Assembly (NCBI GenBank): GCA_963835575.1
Contig: CAWIGG010000002.1
Span: forward strand, 320,001 to 384,000
Direction: 5' to 3'
DNA: 64,000 nucleotides
From: an uncultured Spirochaetota bacterium
GTDB lineage: Bacteria; Spirochaetota; Brevinematia; Brevinematales; JAOACQ01
The notes below the pieces were generated by a model. It was given only the letters and a program-made list of their open reading frames with translations, was not told where the DNA came from and made no database searches. A program made the translations under genes and the position numbers. The first letter of the stretch is position 1. The number at the start of each line of letters is the position of its first letter. Of this stretch, positions 20,618 through 30,991 are shown piece by piece.

Positions 20618-21533
20618 TAATTTCATCCGGCTGAAAAAAGGGGCTAAAACCGAATATGTCAAACAGGCTTCGAGAACGTCGGCCGACACATATATCGCGC
20701 CGCTTATCATGGAAAATAAGTTTGTGACAAAAAGGATCCTGGAAGAGAGCGGCATCAGGGTGCCGGGGGGAAAATTATATCAGAACATGGATGACGCGGC
20801 AAAAGATTTTGAATACTACAGGCAAAAAGATATAGTCATCAAACCGAATAATACCAACTTCGGCATCGGGATCAGCATTTTAAAGAACGGCTACAGCAAT
20901 GAGAATTATAATGAAGCCCTCCGTCATGCTTTTAAACATGACAGCTCGGTCATTGTGGAAGAATATATTCATGGCCTGGAATACAGGTTCCTGATCATTA
21001 ATGATGAAGTGGCCGGGATTCTGCACCGCGTGCCGGCCAATGTGACAGGCGACGGAATTCATTCAATACAGGAGCTTGTGAAAATAAAAAACAGCGGCTC
21101 GCTGAGAGGAGAGGGATATAAAAAACCGCTTGAAAAGATCAGACTGGAGGAAATGGAGCTGGAATTTTTAAAAAATCAGGGTAAAGACATTAATTCTATT
21201 CCCGGGATGGATGAGAAAGTGTTTTTAAGAAAGAATTCAAATATCAGCACGGGGGGCGACAGTATTGACTTTACCGATGCTGTCAGGGAAGAATACAAAG
21301 AAATAGCCGTCAGGGCGGTAAAAGCGGCCGGCGCGAAAATCTGCGGGGCTGATATTATTATCGAAGATATAAATGCGAAACCGGCCTGTAATAATTATGC
21401 GGTCATCGAACTCAATTTCAATCCCGCCTTGCATATCCACAGTTTTCCGTATAAAGGCATCAACAGGCGGCCGGAAAAAAAAGTTCTGGACCTGCTGGGA
21501 TTCAGGGAGGATTATCATGCTGGAGATAAATAA
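20511..21533 (+). CDS. ATP-grasp glutathione synthetase, homologous to the C-terminal half of bifunctional GshF/GshAB
   Basis: MELSTRILI.EA..RG, VIKPNNTNFGIGI, RVPANVTGDG, NSNISTGGDSIDFTD, IELNFNP; own RBS AAAGGAG. Confidence 0.88.
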   Translation: MEYLSENYSGMELSTRILIGEALKRGVAVDVLDLHNNFIRLKKGAKTEYVKQASRTSADTYIAPLIMENKFVTKRILEESGIRVPGGKLYQNMDDAAKDFEYYRQKDIVIKPNNTNFGIGISILKNGYSNENYNEALRHAFKHDSSVIVEEYIHGLEYRFLIINDEVAGILHRVPANVTGDGIHSIQELVKIKNSGSLRGEGYKKPLEKIRLEEMELEFLKNQGKDINSIPGMDEKVFLRKNSNISTGGDSIDFTDAVREEYKEIAVRAVKAAGAKICGADIIIEDINAKPACNNYAVIELNFNPALHIHSFPYKGINRRPEKKVLDLLGFREDYHAGDK

Positions 21534-22416
21534 TATAACAAAAATTTTTAAAAACAATACAAAAGCCCTGGACGATGTTTCTTTCCGGATTAATAAGGGC
21601 GAGTTTACGGCTCTTTTGGGCCAGAATGGGGCTGGAAAAAGTACCCTGATCAACATCCTTGCCGGTAATGTGAAAAAGAATTCAGGCAGAATAACAGTCT
21701 GGGATTATGACCTGGACAGAGATGAGCTGATGACAAAAAGGATATTGGGGATCGTGCCCCAGGAGATCAGCTTTGACAATTTTTTTACAGTACAGGAAGT
21801 CCTGGAAAACCAGTCCGGGTATTTCGGGATAAAAAATAATAAAAGGACCATTGACGGGCTGCTGGAAATTCTTTCGCTTGGGGATAAAAGAAATGTCAAT
21901 ACAAAGGAATTATCCGGCGGAATGAAAAGAAGGCTTTTGATCGCGAAAGCGCTGGTGCATAATCCTGAAATACTGATCCTGGATGAGCCCACCGCCGGCG
22001 TGGACATCGAGCTCCGCCTCTCAATGCATGAGTTCCTGATGGAATTGAACCGGACCGGCATAACGGTCATACTGACGACGCATTATCTGGAGGAGGCGGA
22101 AAAGCTCTGCGGCAGGATCATTATTATTAATCAGGGCAGGATCGTCATGGATGCGCCGAAAGAAAGGATCATGAATAATAAGGACGATGTATTTATTGAA
22201 TTCAATTATGACGGCGATCTGAAAATAGATAATTTTGATTTTCTGAGCGATTTTTTTCCGTCAATAGGCCGGAACAACAGGCTCCGGCTGTCCGCGCAGC
22301 CGGGAGACATTCCTGATTTGTTCAAAAAAATGGAAGATAACCGCATCCGGTATAAAAATATCCGGTTTGAGAATAAAAAGCTGGAAGACGTGTTTTTGAA
22401 AGCCGTCAATCATTAG
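21517..22416 (+). CDS. ABC-2 type exporter ATP-binding protein (YadG-like)
   Basis: GQNGAGKST, LSGGMKRR, ILDEPTAGVD, TTHYLEEAE; RBS GGAGG before the ATG at 21517. Confidence 0.92.
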   Translation: MLEINNITKIFKNNTKALDDVSFRINKGEFTALLGQNGAGKSTLINILAGNVKKNSGRITVWDYDLDRDELMTKRILGIVPQEISFDNFFTVQEVLENQSGYFGIKNNKRTIDGLLEILSLGDKRNVNTKELSGGMKRRLLIAKALVHNPEILILDEPTAGVDIELRLSMHEFLMELNRTGITVILTTHYLEEAEKLCGRIIIINQGRIVMDAPKERIMNNKDDVFIEFNYDGDLKIDNFDFLSDFFPSIGRNNRLRLSAQPGDIPDLFKKMEDNRIRYKNIRFENKKLEDVFLKAVNH

Positions 22417-22425
22417 GAGAAAATT

Positions 22426-23205
22426 ATGTTTACTTTGTTTTATAACAGGATAGGATTTTTGACATTGTTCAAACGGGAGATCAGCCGCTTCATGAAGGTT
22501 TATATTCAGACTCTTGTCGCTCCGCTGTTGTCAAACCTTCTTTTTCTGGGTATTTTCGGCGGTATTTTCAGGACCGGAGGGAGTAGTATGAACGCTGATG
22601 GATATCTTGCCTTTTTAGTGCCGGGTTTGTGCGGTATGGGGGCAATTTTCGCCGCCTTTCAAAATCCGGCTTTTTCATTGATCACGCAGAAGTTTACGAA
22701 TACGATTCAGGATTTGAACAGCTATCCCATGACAGCTTTTGAAAAAGTACTGGCTTTTGTTCTGGGCGGCACATTCAGGGGCGTTTTGATCGCTTTGATG
22801 ACATATATCGCGGCTTTGTTTTTTGTCAGGCAGGCGGTCCAGAATCCTGTTTTGTTCATTATAATGATCATTGTCATATCCTTCATATTTTCAAACCTCG
22901 GCGTAGTCTCCGGACTTTTGATCAATAATTTCGACAGGCTGAATTTTATTCTTTCCATCATTCTGACGCCCCTGGTGTATTTCGGAGGAGTGTTTTTTGA
23001 AATATCAAAACTGCCGGTATTATTTTCGAATATCGCGCAGATCAATCCTGTTTACGCCCTGATAAGCCTCTGCCGCTATTCCTATACAGGCGTTTATACG
23101 GGAAATAATATTTTGATATGTATTGTTATTACCATTTCCATAACGCTAATATCATTTTTTTGGGCATATAACTTATTAAAAAAAGGTTCGGGAATAAAAG
23201 AATAA
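22426..23205 (+). CDS. ABC-2 type exporter permease (YadH-like)
   Basis: REISRFMK..QTL.AP, FLVPGL, TPL.YFGGVFF and NPV motifs; 6 TM. Confidence 0.88.
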   Translation: MFTLFYNRIGFLTLFKREISRFMKVYIQTLVAPLLSNLLFLGIFGGIFRTGGSSMNADGYLAFLVPGLCGMGAIFAAFQNPAFSLITQKFTNTIQDLNSYPMTAFEKVLAFVLGGTFRGVLIALMTYIAALFFVRQAVQNPVLFIIMIIVISFIFSNLGVVSGLLINNFDRLNFILSIILTPLVYFGGVFFEISKLPVLFSNIAQINPVYALISLCRYSYTGVYTGNNILICIVITISITLISFFWAYNLLKKGSGIKE

Positions 23206-23223
23206 AATAGGAGGAGTTTTATT

Positions 23224-23865
23224 ATGAAATATATTGGAGCAAACTGCTGTGCCGGTTATATGATCGGCGGGATTCCTTTAGTAAAGGAAAAAAACCTGTA
23301 CATTGAGAATCTGAAATTCGGATTCAGGCAATTAGGCTTTCTGTTTTATGACATCGCCGGCGCTTATAAGAAAGACCCCGCTTTACGGGGAAAATTGTTG
23401 AGCTTTCTGGAGCTTCTGACATACGCCGGCGTCTGGTCCATCTTTTTGCACAGGATAGCGCATTTATTATTCGCGCTGAAGATCCCCTTTATTCCGAGGT
23501 TGATTTCCCAGATCGCCCGCTTTTTGACGGGAATAGAAATCCATCCGGGCGCCAAAATAGGAAAGGGTTTTTTTATCGATCATGGCAACGGGGTCGTGAT
23601 CGGCGAAACCGCTGAAATCGGCGATGATGTCCTTTTGTATCATCAGGTCACGCTGGGGAGCAAAGGCGGACTTTCCGCAGGTAAACGGCACCCGACGGTC
23701 GGCAGTCATGCGACGATAGGGGCCGGAGCGAAAATATTAGGCGCTATTACAATCGGCGAAAACTCGGTCATCGGCGCGGGGTCAATTGTGACAAAGGACA
23801 TTCCTGATAATTTCGTCGCCGTTGGGAATCCAGCGAAGCTCATTAATGAAAGGACGGCGGCGTAA
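23224..23865 (+). CDS. cysE: Serine O-acetyltransferase
   Basis: [33 protein letters not shown] and KRHPT. Confidence 0.9.
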   Translation: MKYIGANCCAGYMIGGIPLVKEKNLYIENLKFGFRQLGFLFYDIAGAYKKDPALRGKLLSFLELLTYAGVWSIFLHRIAHLLFALKIPFIPRLISQIARFLTGIEIHPGAKIGKGFFIDHGNGVVIGETAEIGDDVLLYHQVTLGSKGGLSAGKRHPTVGSHATIGAGAKILGAITIGENSVIGAGSIVTKDIPDNFVAVGNPAKLINERTAA

Positions 23866-23867
23866 TT

Positions 23868-24503
23868 TTAAAAAGTCTTTGCCAGTACCACCGCTTTCTG
23901 GAGCGCTCTGGCCTTGATGTTTTCCGCTTCAGCAGGCATCAGGGCCATTCCTTCAATGAAAATGGTTTCAAAGTCTTTAATACCGAGGAATGAGAGCAGG
24001 GCCTTGAGGTAATTATTCCCGAACTCGAAGTATTTTGAGTCCCCTTCGGAATAAAGCCCGCCGCTGGCCTGGATATGGAGAGCTTTTTTATTCTTGAGCA
24101 TGCCGATCGGGCCGTTTTCGGTATAAGCGAATGTTTTTCCGGCGATGCTGATCGTATCAATATAAGCTTTCATGATCGGAGGAATGCTGAAATTCCACAG
24201 CGGTGTCACAAATATGTATTTATCGGCATTGATGAACTGGTCGGTCAGTTTACTAATGTTTTCTATTTTAGCCTGTTCAACGGCTGTCAGTCTGCCGAAA
24301 GCCGTTCCGGTTTGAAGCTTGTCCCATCCGCTGATCACATCCGCGTCGACAAAGGGGATATCTGATTTGTAAAGATCAATTTCAATGACCTGGTCATCCG
24401 GGTGGATCCCTTTATAAGTATTCAGAAATTCCCTTCCGATGCTTAAGCCGTAGGATTTTTCCTCATGCTTGGGATTTGCCGTTATATACAAAACCTTATT
24501 CAT
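23868..24503 (-). CDS. azoR: FMN-dependent NADH-azoreductase
   Basis: [41 protein letters not shown]. Confidence 0.92.
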   Translation of the reverse strand: MNKVLYITANPKHEEKSYGLSIGREFLNTYKGIHPDDQVIEIDLYKSDIPFVDADVISGWDKLQTGTAFGRLTAVEQAKIENISKLTDQFINADKYIFVTPLWNFSIPPIMKAYIDTISIAGKTFAYTENGPIGMLKNKKALHIQASGGLYSEGDSKYFEFGNNYLKALLSFLGIKDFETIFIEGMALMPAEAENIKARALQKAVVLAKTF

Positions 24504-24516
24504 GTCTTCCTCCTTT

Positions 24517-26191
24517 TTGCCTGTCGGTTATTTCATTTTCGGAGTCAAACCAGCCCCTTACAATAAGCGGGCAAATAAAAATTTTGTCAGCTTAGCTGAT
24601 TTTAATAATAAATTTCGAATAATCGATACTCAGACTATACAAAATCCTCTCTATTTTCTCAAATATTGGGCATATTTCATAAAATTATGCGCAAGGGATA
24701 CCCAGCATAGCTCCAAATTCACTTTCCGTTGACCTCTGTAAACTGTCTGAACATAACCCTTCTGTGTTTTGATGTTTGAAAATACGTGTTCTTTACCTAT
24801 CCTGCGGTTGTATATCTTTTGCCCTTCTTCGCTGTAAAGTTTTGTTAAATAAGCATCAATCTTAGACCGATTATTCAATTCAAACTCACTGAAAATTACT
24901 GTCTTTTGCTGTGTTTTCGGTTTGATGTTTTTATAACACTCACTGAAAAATGGACATCTTTCACAGCCCTTCCGTGAATACAAAAATGTATATCTTTGGT
25001 TATTTCGATCTAAATACCCATTTTCCTTACGGCCGCCCCGGCATCCCAGGATATATTCGTCATCAATCTTTTCCAGTTTAAAGTCTCTTCGCTTCTGTGA
25101 TTTATCACTGAAATCCCGCTCTTTCGTATCCACATAAAGGTCTTTTCCTTCCTCCACCATCCGGATTGTCTCTTCCATGTCCTGAAAACCCGAATCAAAA
25201 AGGTATTTGCTAGCCTTATCAACTTTTAATTCCGCTTTTTTCTGTTCCACCCTCTTTACCATTTCTTCCGTATGCTGTTTTTCCGGTGTTGTGATTGCTT
25301 CAAAATCTATAATCACATCATTATTACTGACCATCATCGCCGAATTATATCCCTGTATAAACACACTATGCGGATTTCCAGACATCAGCTTGCTTTCGGG
25401 ATCAGTCAGGTTGGTGAATTCTTCGTCTGTCTTTTCCCCTCTCTCTACCTGTTTTTTGTATTCATCGATTTGGTTCAAAACACTATCGTAAATCTTTTTC
25501 CGCCTTGATACCCGCTTCTTCTCCGCTTCGTAATAAGGCTGCTCCAGCTTGCCTTCCCGGTAAGATTCTTCCAGTTCCAGGTCTTGTTTCACAATCTTTT
25601 CCGCCATCTTCTGGTAAGTGTCCATCAGCTTCCGGGTATGTTTCTTTCCCACATTCTTATTCTTACTCGCGTAGGCCTTGATCTTTGTGCCGTCACCCAC
25701 TACCATGTCCCAATCTATAGACCCCATTTCGTTGAGTATATATAAAAGCTGGCTGAACAACTCCTCGATCTTTTCCTGAAAAAGTACCTTGAACTCGCAA
25801 ATTACCGAATGGTCAATTTTCAGCCGGTTTGAAACATACATAAACCCAATGTGTTTTTTCAGCAAATCTTCTATCTTTCGGCTGATACGATTTCCCGTAA
25901 TGTAACCGTAGAGTACCGCACAGATCACATCCCGAGGATTTTTAATCTCTCTGCCTCTATGGTCGTTCTTATAGTAAGCCGCGAAATCCTCCAGTTTAAT
26001 ACGGTTTTTGATGAATTCTTTTAGTATAAATTCTCTGGAATTCTCATCAAACTGCTCGCCTATATTGATCGCGAGGAACTCACCCTGCTCCAGGCTGTTC
26101 TTTTCAAATCTTGCCATCTTTTTCTCCCGTTTTATTTTAACGGGAACCCTGCCGTATGTCCATGAAGCATGTTATAAAAACCGACAGGCAA
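24517..26191 (-). mobile_element. IS1182-family insertion sequence, copy 1 (1675 bp)
   Basis: IR TTGCCTGTCGGTT at both ends; 4-bp duplication CTTT (24513-16 and 26192-95); same element as 53467-55141. Confidence 0.93.
24651..26117 (-). CDS. IS1182-family transposase
   Basis: SRKIE, DH..I..F, DGTKIKAYAS, TDPES, GYN, DSGF and EHVFSNIK motifs. Confidence 0.9.
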   Translation of the reverse strand: MARFEKNSLEQGEFLAINIGEQFDENSREFILKEFIKNRIKLEDFAAYYKNDHRGREIKNPRDVICAVLYGYITGNRISRKIEDLLKKHIGFMYVSNRLKIDHSVICEFKVLFQEKIEELFSQLLYILNEMGSIDWDMVVGDGTKIKAYASKNKNVGKKHTRKLMDTYQKMAEKIVKQDLELEESYREGKLEQPYYEAEKKRVSRRKKIYDSVLNQIDEYKKQVERGEKTDEEFTNLTDPESKLMSGNPHSVFIQGYNSAMMVSNNDVIIDFEAITTPEKQHTEEMVKRVEQKKAELKVDKASKYLFDSGFQDMEETIRMVEEGKDLYVDTKERDFSDKSQKRRDFKLEKIDDEYILGCRGGRKENGYLDRNNQRYTFLYSRKGCERCPFFSECYKNIKPKTQQKTVIFSEFELNNRSKIDAYLTKLYSEEGQKIYNRRIGKEHVFSNIKTQKGYVQTVYRGQRKVNLELCWVSLAHNFMKYAQYLRK

Positions 26192-26572
26192 CTTTGTTAA
26201 AAGAAATAATTTTCTAATTATCCTATTGGTAAAATAATAAAACTATCTGTTAAAGTCAAAGAGATAAAGAATCATAATAGAATTATAATTGCTCAGACGC
26301 GGAATACTCTGCCGGATGTTTTCTGTATTGCATCTTGATATCTAACGGGATTTTTTGAAGAATTTCCTTTACAGACTTGAGAGTAGAAGTAATTATGTCT
26401 AACATTATAAGTTGTTTTATAATTGCTTTCGGCAGTGAACTTCCATCCTGCGGACGGGATCCATGACTTTCATAATCTTCACCTTTTTGTTCTAATTATA
26501 AATTAATTAAAATAGGATAAGATAGGCAACGGCAGGCTGAAAAAATCAAGATGTGATCATGATTTTTGAAAA

Positions 26573-27189
26573 TTAACCGATCGGCTGTCGGATAACGTTT
26601 TCATTTTTTCGGCCTGTCCCTTACGGGGATCGCTTAAATATATTTCGTGGTGCTTGTCCCGGCGCCGATAGCCCTGATCTTTGATGAACTGATGGAGCTT
26701 CTGAATGGCCGGCGCCGCGGCTTCATAAGGACCGATATGCATGATCTGTGCGGAAAGCCCTTCCTTGAAAACTTCCCATCACGCCTCGCCGGGAAGTTTA
26801 GGGGCTTCGCCGCCTTTCTTCCTTCGGATTTCCTCAATCGCTTTTTTATAATGCTCATTCTCAACCCACCCGGGCTGGCGGATCATCAGGGTCCATTTCC
26901 ATTGGTCCTTTGTTTCCATACTGAACTGCGTCATATCGTCCATCCACCAGAGTCCTTCAAGCGGAGGGACAACATACTCGCGGGCCTTTTCCCCCTTCAG
27001 CATGAATTTTATCGTATATGAAATGTTGTAGAGCGCCTGTATGACTTCCGGGAAGAGCGGGCTTTTATTCGGATCGCCGTAGCCGTCGGCCATAATAAAT
27101 TCCATTACCGGGACATCGACAATGGCCGCTTCTTTTGCCGAAGGAAAATAAAACTCCCTCATTTCCTTTTTATAATCCAGTTTATCCAT
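26573..27189 (-). pseudogene. GyrI-like small-molecule-binding protein, disrupted
   Basis: YVVPPLEGLWW...WKWTLMIRQP, then in-frame TGA (26779-81), then WEVFKEGLSAQIMHIGPY...HHEIYLSDPRK, then a 1-nt frameshift before IRQPIG*. Confidence 0.85.
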
Positions 27190-27303
27190 GAATGACCTCC
27201 TCTGAAAATGGCCCGCTATTTTAAAAAATCCCGAATGATCACTGCGAATTCCTTTGGTTTCCCTATAACTGAATCAAGCCGCAGAATGGATCCGGCAGGT
27301 TCT

Positions 27304-27514
27304 CCACAAGTGACACGGAAAATTACTGAATTATTTTTATTAATAAAGACCTTTGCACAGTAAACTTAAGATAATTCGCTGCCTGATAAAACTTAAGGCA
27401 ATAAATTGCCGCTTTAAACCGGACTTTTGCACGGTTTCTATTTAATTATCCGTTAATGGTTTGCGGAAACCGTGCAAAAGTCTTTAATATTTATTATCTG
27501 TGAAATTCTGTGGC
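27304..27514. repeat. Gene-less GxxExxY-type periodic inverted-repeat element, interrupted by a MITE
   Basis: CCACAAGTGACACGGAAAATTACTGAA ... TATCTGTGAAATTCTGTGGC; the reverse complement of the right arm matches the arm at 57248 at 19/20. Confidence 0.65.
27346..27484. mobile_element. MITE with IS5-like ends
   Basis: AAGACCTTTGCACAGT ... ACCGTGCAAAAGTCTT, flanked by TAATA on both sides; extra internal end copy GACTTTTGCACGGTTTC. Confidence 0.6.
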
Positions 27515-27758
27515 CGAATATCCAATCTATTTTTAAGCTTTTTTTAAAAAGCTAGAAGCGATCCTTTTTAATAATGAGTTATTATAGGAAGAATCAGAGA
27601 AGAAGGCTTTGCTTTTCTTGCTATTAAATCTGCCGTTATTATTTTTAAGATAATATCAAAAAATAAAAAATGAATAGAAGAAACAATGAATGAATTTAAT
27701 ATAAAATTAAAAAGGAATTTTCAATATTGCATTTCCGATTTTTCTAATTAAATCGGCA

Positions 27759-30059
27759 TTAAATTTCCCGGCTGTTTTTCTTCTTTTTTTCCTGATAGAG
27801 CTCCGCATCGGCCCTGGAGATCAAATCGGGAAGGGTAGAGCTTGCGTCCTGCCATGAATAAAGAGACTTGCCGATGCTGAGGGATAATTTGAAGGGATTG
27901 CCTGAGTTTTTATTATATTCCTTGAGTTCCTGCCTGAGCCTCTTTTGTAAATTGTTGACCGTATCCTCGTTTATATTCATTATCAGAGCTACAAACTCAT
28001 CCCCGCCCAGCCGCGCGATTGTGTCCATTTTACGGAACGTTTTCTTTAAGATGTCCGAGGAGGCTCTCAAGGCTTCGTCTCCCGTCTCATGACCGTATGT
28101 GTCATTGATTTTCTTCAGTCCGTCCAGATCGATGAAAAAGAGGGCCCCATCCTCCCTCATCTGTCTGGCAAGAGTCAGATTTTTAATTCCGAATTTCAAA
28201 AAACCGCGCCGGTTGTACAGACCCGTCAATTCATCCGTTTCCGACAGGCTGGCAAGTTCCTGGTTTGTTTCCTCCAGTTCGGATAATACCCGGCGGAGCT
28301 TTTCCTCGGCTTTCTGCCTTTCTTCAAGCAGTAAAACGCTTCTGTATGTGCTGCTGATCTCCAGCGATAAAAAGTCATAGATATTGCCGTTCTTTATTTC
28401 CAGATCGAAAATCATATACCCATACTGGTATTCCAGGAAATACATCGGCAGGACCAAAAAGGAATGCCTTCTATTCTGGTCAATCAGGTTTTCGGGAATG
28501 AAGTCCTTATTCGGCTGGATAAAACCTTCCGGGTTGACTATTTTAAGGCCTTTTATAGCGTCAAATGCCAGGATCAGTTTAACCTTTTCGGGCATCAGCC
28601 ACTCCATATCCCTTGTCTGCTTATACACCCTGCCGTAAGTGAAAATATAACAGTTCTTCAGATCCATCAAACCTATATTGTTGATGATATTATTAAGCAG
28701 TCCGTCTATGGAAAGGGAGGATATTATTTCCTGGATCACGATCCGTATTATGAGTTCCTGGCGTTCCAATTTAATTCGCTGAGAGATATTGAAGCTGTGC
28801 AGGAGTTCCTGTACGAGCTCATACGATTTCTTAATGATTTCCAGGGTTTTTTTCCAGTTTGGATCTTTCTGCCCGGCGATATATTGGTGAAGAACACCGA
28901 GTATCTCTTTCCATAGTTCAATATTTATGCCTTCCTTCATCTGTGATGAAAGCGACTTGGTCAACTTCCGTAAAATGGTGTTAACAGGATAGCCGGGCTC
29001 GGGAAGCTGTTTTTTATTGCCTTTTGCTTCAACGGTTAAAATGTTCTGGATATACTCGTCAATGGCCGCCGCTTTGGGAGACATATAGTCAGCCGATTCA
29101 AGAATGTGGTTAATTTCATTTTTCAATTCGGCTGTTGTTTTTAACTCAAAATTATTTATGGTCTTTCCGACCCCCGACATTTCTACATTATAGCCAAGGC
29201 ATCCGCATGAAGAGCGCGGCAATAGAATTGTCGGCAGAACTGTCTTTTCCGGAATATTTTTTCCCTCAATAAGGTCTACCGCCGTCTGAAGGGCCGTCCG
29301 TCCCTGGTAGTACAGAGGCTGCTTGATTGTTGAAAGTGAAGGAATGGTGTTTTCACAGTCCTGAATATTATCAAAGCCCAGTACTGCTACATCTTCAGGT
29401 ACTTCCAGACCGCGGCGTATCAGCTCATTCATAGCGCCGATGGCCATATTGTCATTGGACGCGAACAGCGCGTCGAAAACCGCTTTCCTCCTTTCTATGA
29501 GCTCGACAATAGCCTCTCTGCCGGATTCTTCGATGAAATTACCGGTAACAACCAGCTTGGGATCAATCGGGATATTCAAAGCTTTCATTTCCCTGATATA
29601 TGCGTTGTATCGCTCAACGGCCTCTTCATTATTTTCAGGGCCCTTGATAAAAGCGATCTTTTTCCGCTTGTGTTGAAGAACTAGATGTCTGACTCCCTCT
29701 TTTATGCCGCTTTGATTATCAACGAGAATGCTGGGAATTCCCGGAATAGCTATGGAAATGCTGACTAGGGGTATGGGATGCAGTTTCTGGATATAGGCGT
29801 TGAACTGTTCTTTTGAAATAAAATTGCAGATCGTGCCCGTTGCGAGGATCAGGGCGTCCAGATAGTGGGGATTGATTAAATCCAGAATCGCGTTGCATTG
29901 ATACCCGAACCCATAGGGGGTATTGAACGATTCGCCCCTGTAAATGACAACGTTTACGTCCAGCTCTTCCGCCCGGTCGACAATTCCGCGCCAGATCGGC
30001 TTAGGGTATTCCTCAACAAGGTTGGTTATTTGAAAGCCGATCGTTTGTCTCTTTTTCAT
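27759..30059 (-). CDS. Diguanylate cyclase with N-terminal LacI-type sugar-binding domain
   Basis: ASNDNMAIG, VPEDVAVLGFDN; DELTGLYNRRG, RKMD I-site, GGDEF. Confidence 0.92.
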   Translation of the reverse strand: MKKRQTIGFQITNLVEEYPKPIWRGIVDRAEELDVNVVIYRGESFNTPYGFGYQCNAILDLINPHYLDALILATGTICNFISKEQFNAYIQKLHPIPLVSISIAIPGIPSILVDNQSGIKEGVRHLVLQHKRKKIAFIKGPENNEEAVERYNAYIREMKALNIPIDPKLVVTGNFIEESGREAIVELIERRKAVFDALFASNDNMAIGAMNELIRRGLEVPEDVAVLGFDNIQDCENTIPSLSTIKQPLYYQGRTALQTAVDLIEGKNIPEKTVLPTILLPRSSCGCLGYNVEMSGVGKTINNFELKTTAELKNEINHILESADYMSPKAAAIDEYIQNILTVEAKGNKKQLPEPGYPVNTILRKLTKSLSSQMKEGINIELWKEILGVLHQYIAGQKDPNWKKTLEIIKKSYELVQELLHSFNISQRIKLERQELIIRIVIQEIISSLSIDGLLNNIINNIGLMDLKNCYIFTYGRVYKQTRDMEWLMPEKVKLILAFDAIKGLKIVNPEGFIQPNKDFIPENLIDQNRRHSFLVLPMYFLEYQYGYMIFDLEIKNGNIYDFLSLEISSTYRSVLLLEERQKAEEKLRRVLSELEETNQELASLSETDELTGLYNRRGFLKFGIKNLTLARQMREDGALFFIDLDGLKKINDTYGHETGDEALRASSDILKKTFRKMDTIARLGGDEFVALIMNINEDTVNNLQKRLRQELKEYNKNSGNPFKLSLSIGKSLYSWQDASSTLPDLISRADAELYQEKKKKNSREI

Positions 30060-30163
30060 TTTTTTATATTTTCTCCGCAGGAAATTAAATAGAATATTAA
30101 AAAATTTCCAGAGCCCCATCAGGTTATTTTATATCCAGGTCCTGAAAATTGCAATGGGAAATG

Positions 30164-30814
30164 TTAAAAAAATCGTTTAAGCTCCACCGGCTTGTGAATG
30201 AGCGCCTTTGCTCCGCTTTCCAGAAGTTCATCTCTGTCCCTGAAGCCCCAGAGGGCGCCGGCGGCGAACATTCCGGCCGCGTTTGCCGTCAGCATGTCCG
30301 TATTGGTATCGCCCAGATAGATAAACTCGTCCGGAGGTATGCCGAAAGCCCGCGATATTTCAAGGGCCGCTGAAGGGTCCGGCTTTTTGGGGCCGCCTGG
30401 CTTTAAACCCCTTACAATGTCAAAGCGCCATTTTGACAGGAGTTTTTCAACAACAATTCTTGTAAAATCATCTGGCTTGTTTGAGAGAACAGCTTTTTTT
30501 ATACCTTTTTTTGTCAGCGCGTCCAGGAGTTCCGGAATGCCGGGATAGGGTTTTGTCTTAACCGCCCAGCGCTTATCATACTCGCCTCGCATGAGCGAGA
30601 CTCCGCGTGTGATATTTTCTTTGCTTCTTAAATTTTCCGGCAGCGCCCGGCTGACAAGGATGTCCACGCCGTCGCCGACAAGGATTTTGTATTTTTCAAC
30701 CGGGTGGGATGGAAGGCCCATTATTTTCAGGGCTTCATTCATAGAACCGGCCAGGTCTTCAAGTGTATTGAGAAGGGTCCCGTCGAGATCGAAAAGCACG
30801 GCTTTGTAATTCAT
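30164..30814 (-). CDS. HAD-family phosphatase (phosphoglycolate phosphatase-like)
   Basis: FDLDGTL, LSNK, KPDP, GDTNTD. Confidence 0.9.
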   Translation of the reverse strand: MNYKAVLFDLDGTLLNTLEDLAGSMNEALKIMGLPSHPVEKYKILVGDGVDILVSRALPENLRSKENITRGVSLMRGEYDKRWAVKTKPYPGIPELLDALTKKGIKKAVLSNKPDDFTRIVVEKLLSKWRFDIVRGLKPGGPKKPDPSAALEISRAFGIPPDEFIYLGDTNTDMLTANAAGMFAAGALWGFRDRDELLESGAKALIHKPVELKRFF

Positions 30815-30991
30815 AAAATAACCTCTTCTATTATTTTATACAGTAATTTTCCATAACACAAAAAATAATTTATAATAATTCAGTTTAATATTAAATAATA
30901 AAAATATATTGTATTGAAGCTGGATAATATAATTGGAAAATCAGAGTTTAAAATAGTCAAATCAGGAAATTTATTTGACAGGGGATTTTTT

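Noticed and set aside
26200..26500. Short - strand reading frames upstream of the IS/azoR junction
   Set aside because: Fragmentary, with no recognisable family or convincing start.
26779..26781. In-frame TGA as selenocysteine or alternative genetic code
   Set aside because: The position fits Arg (CGA>TGA), a second frameshift lesion is present, and other genes use TGA as a normal stop.
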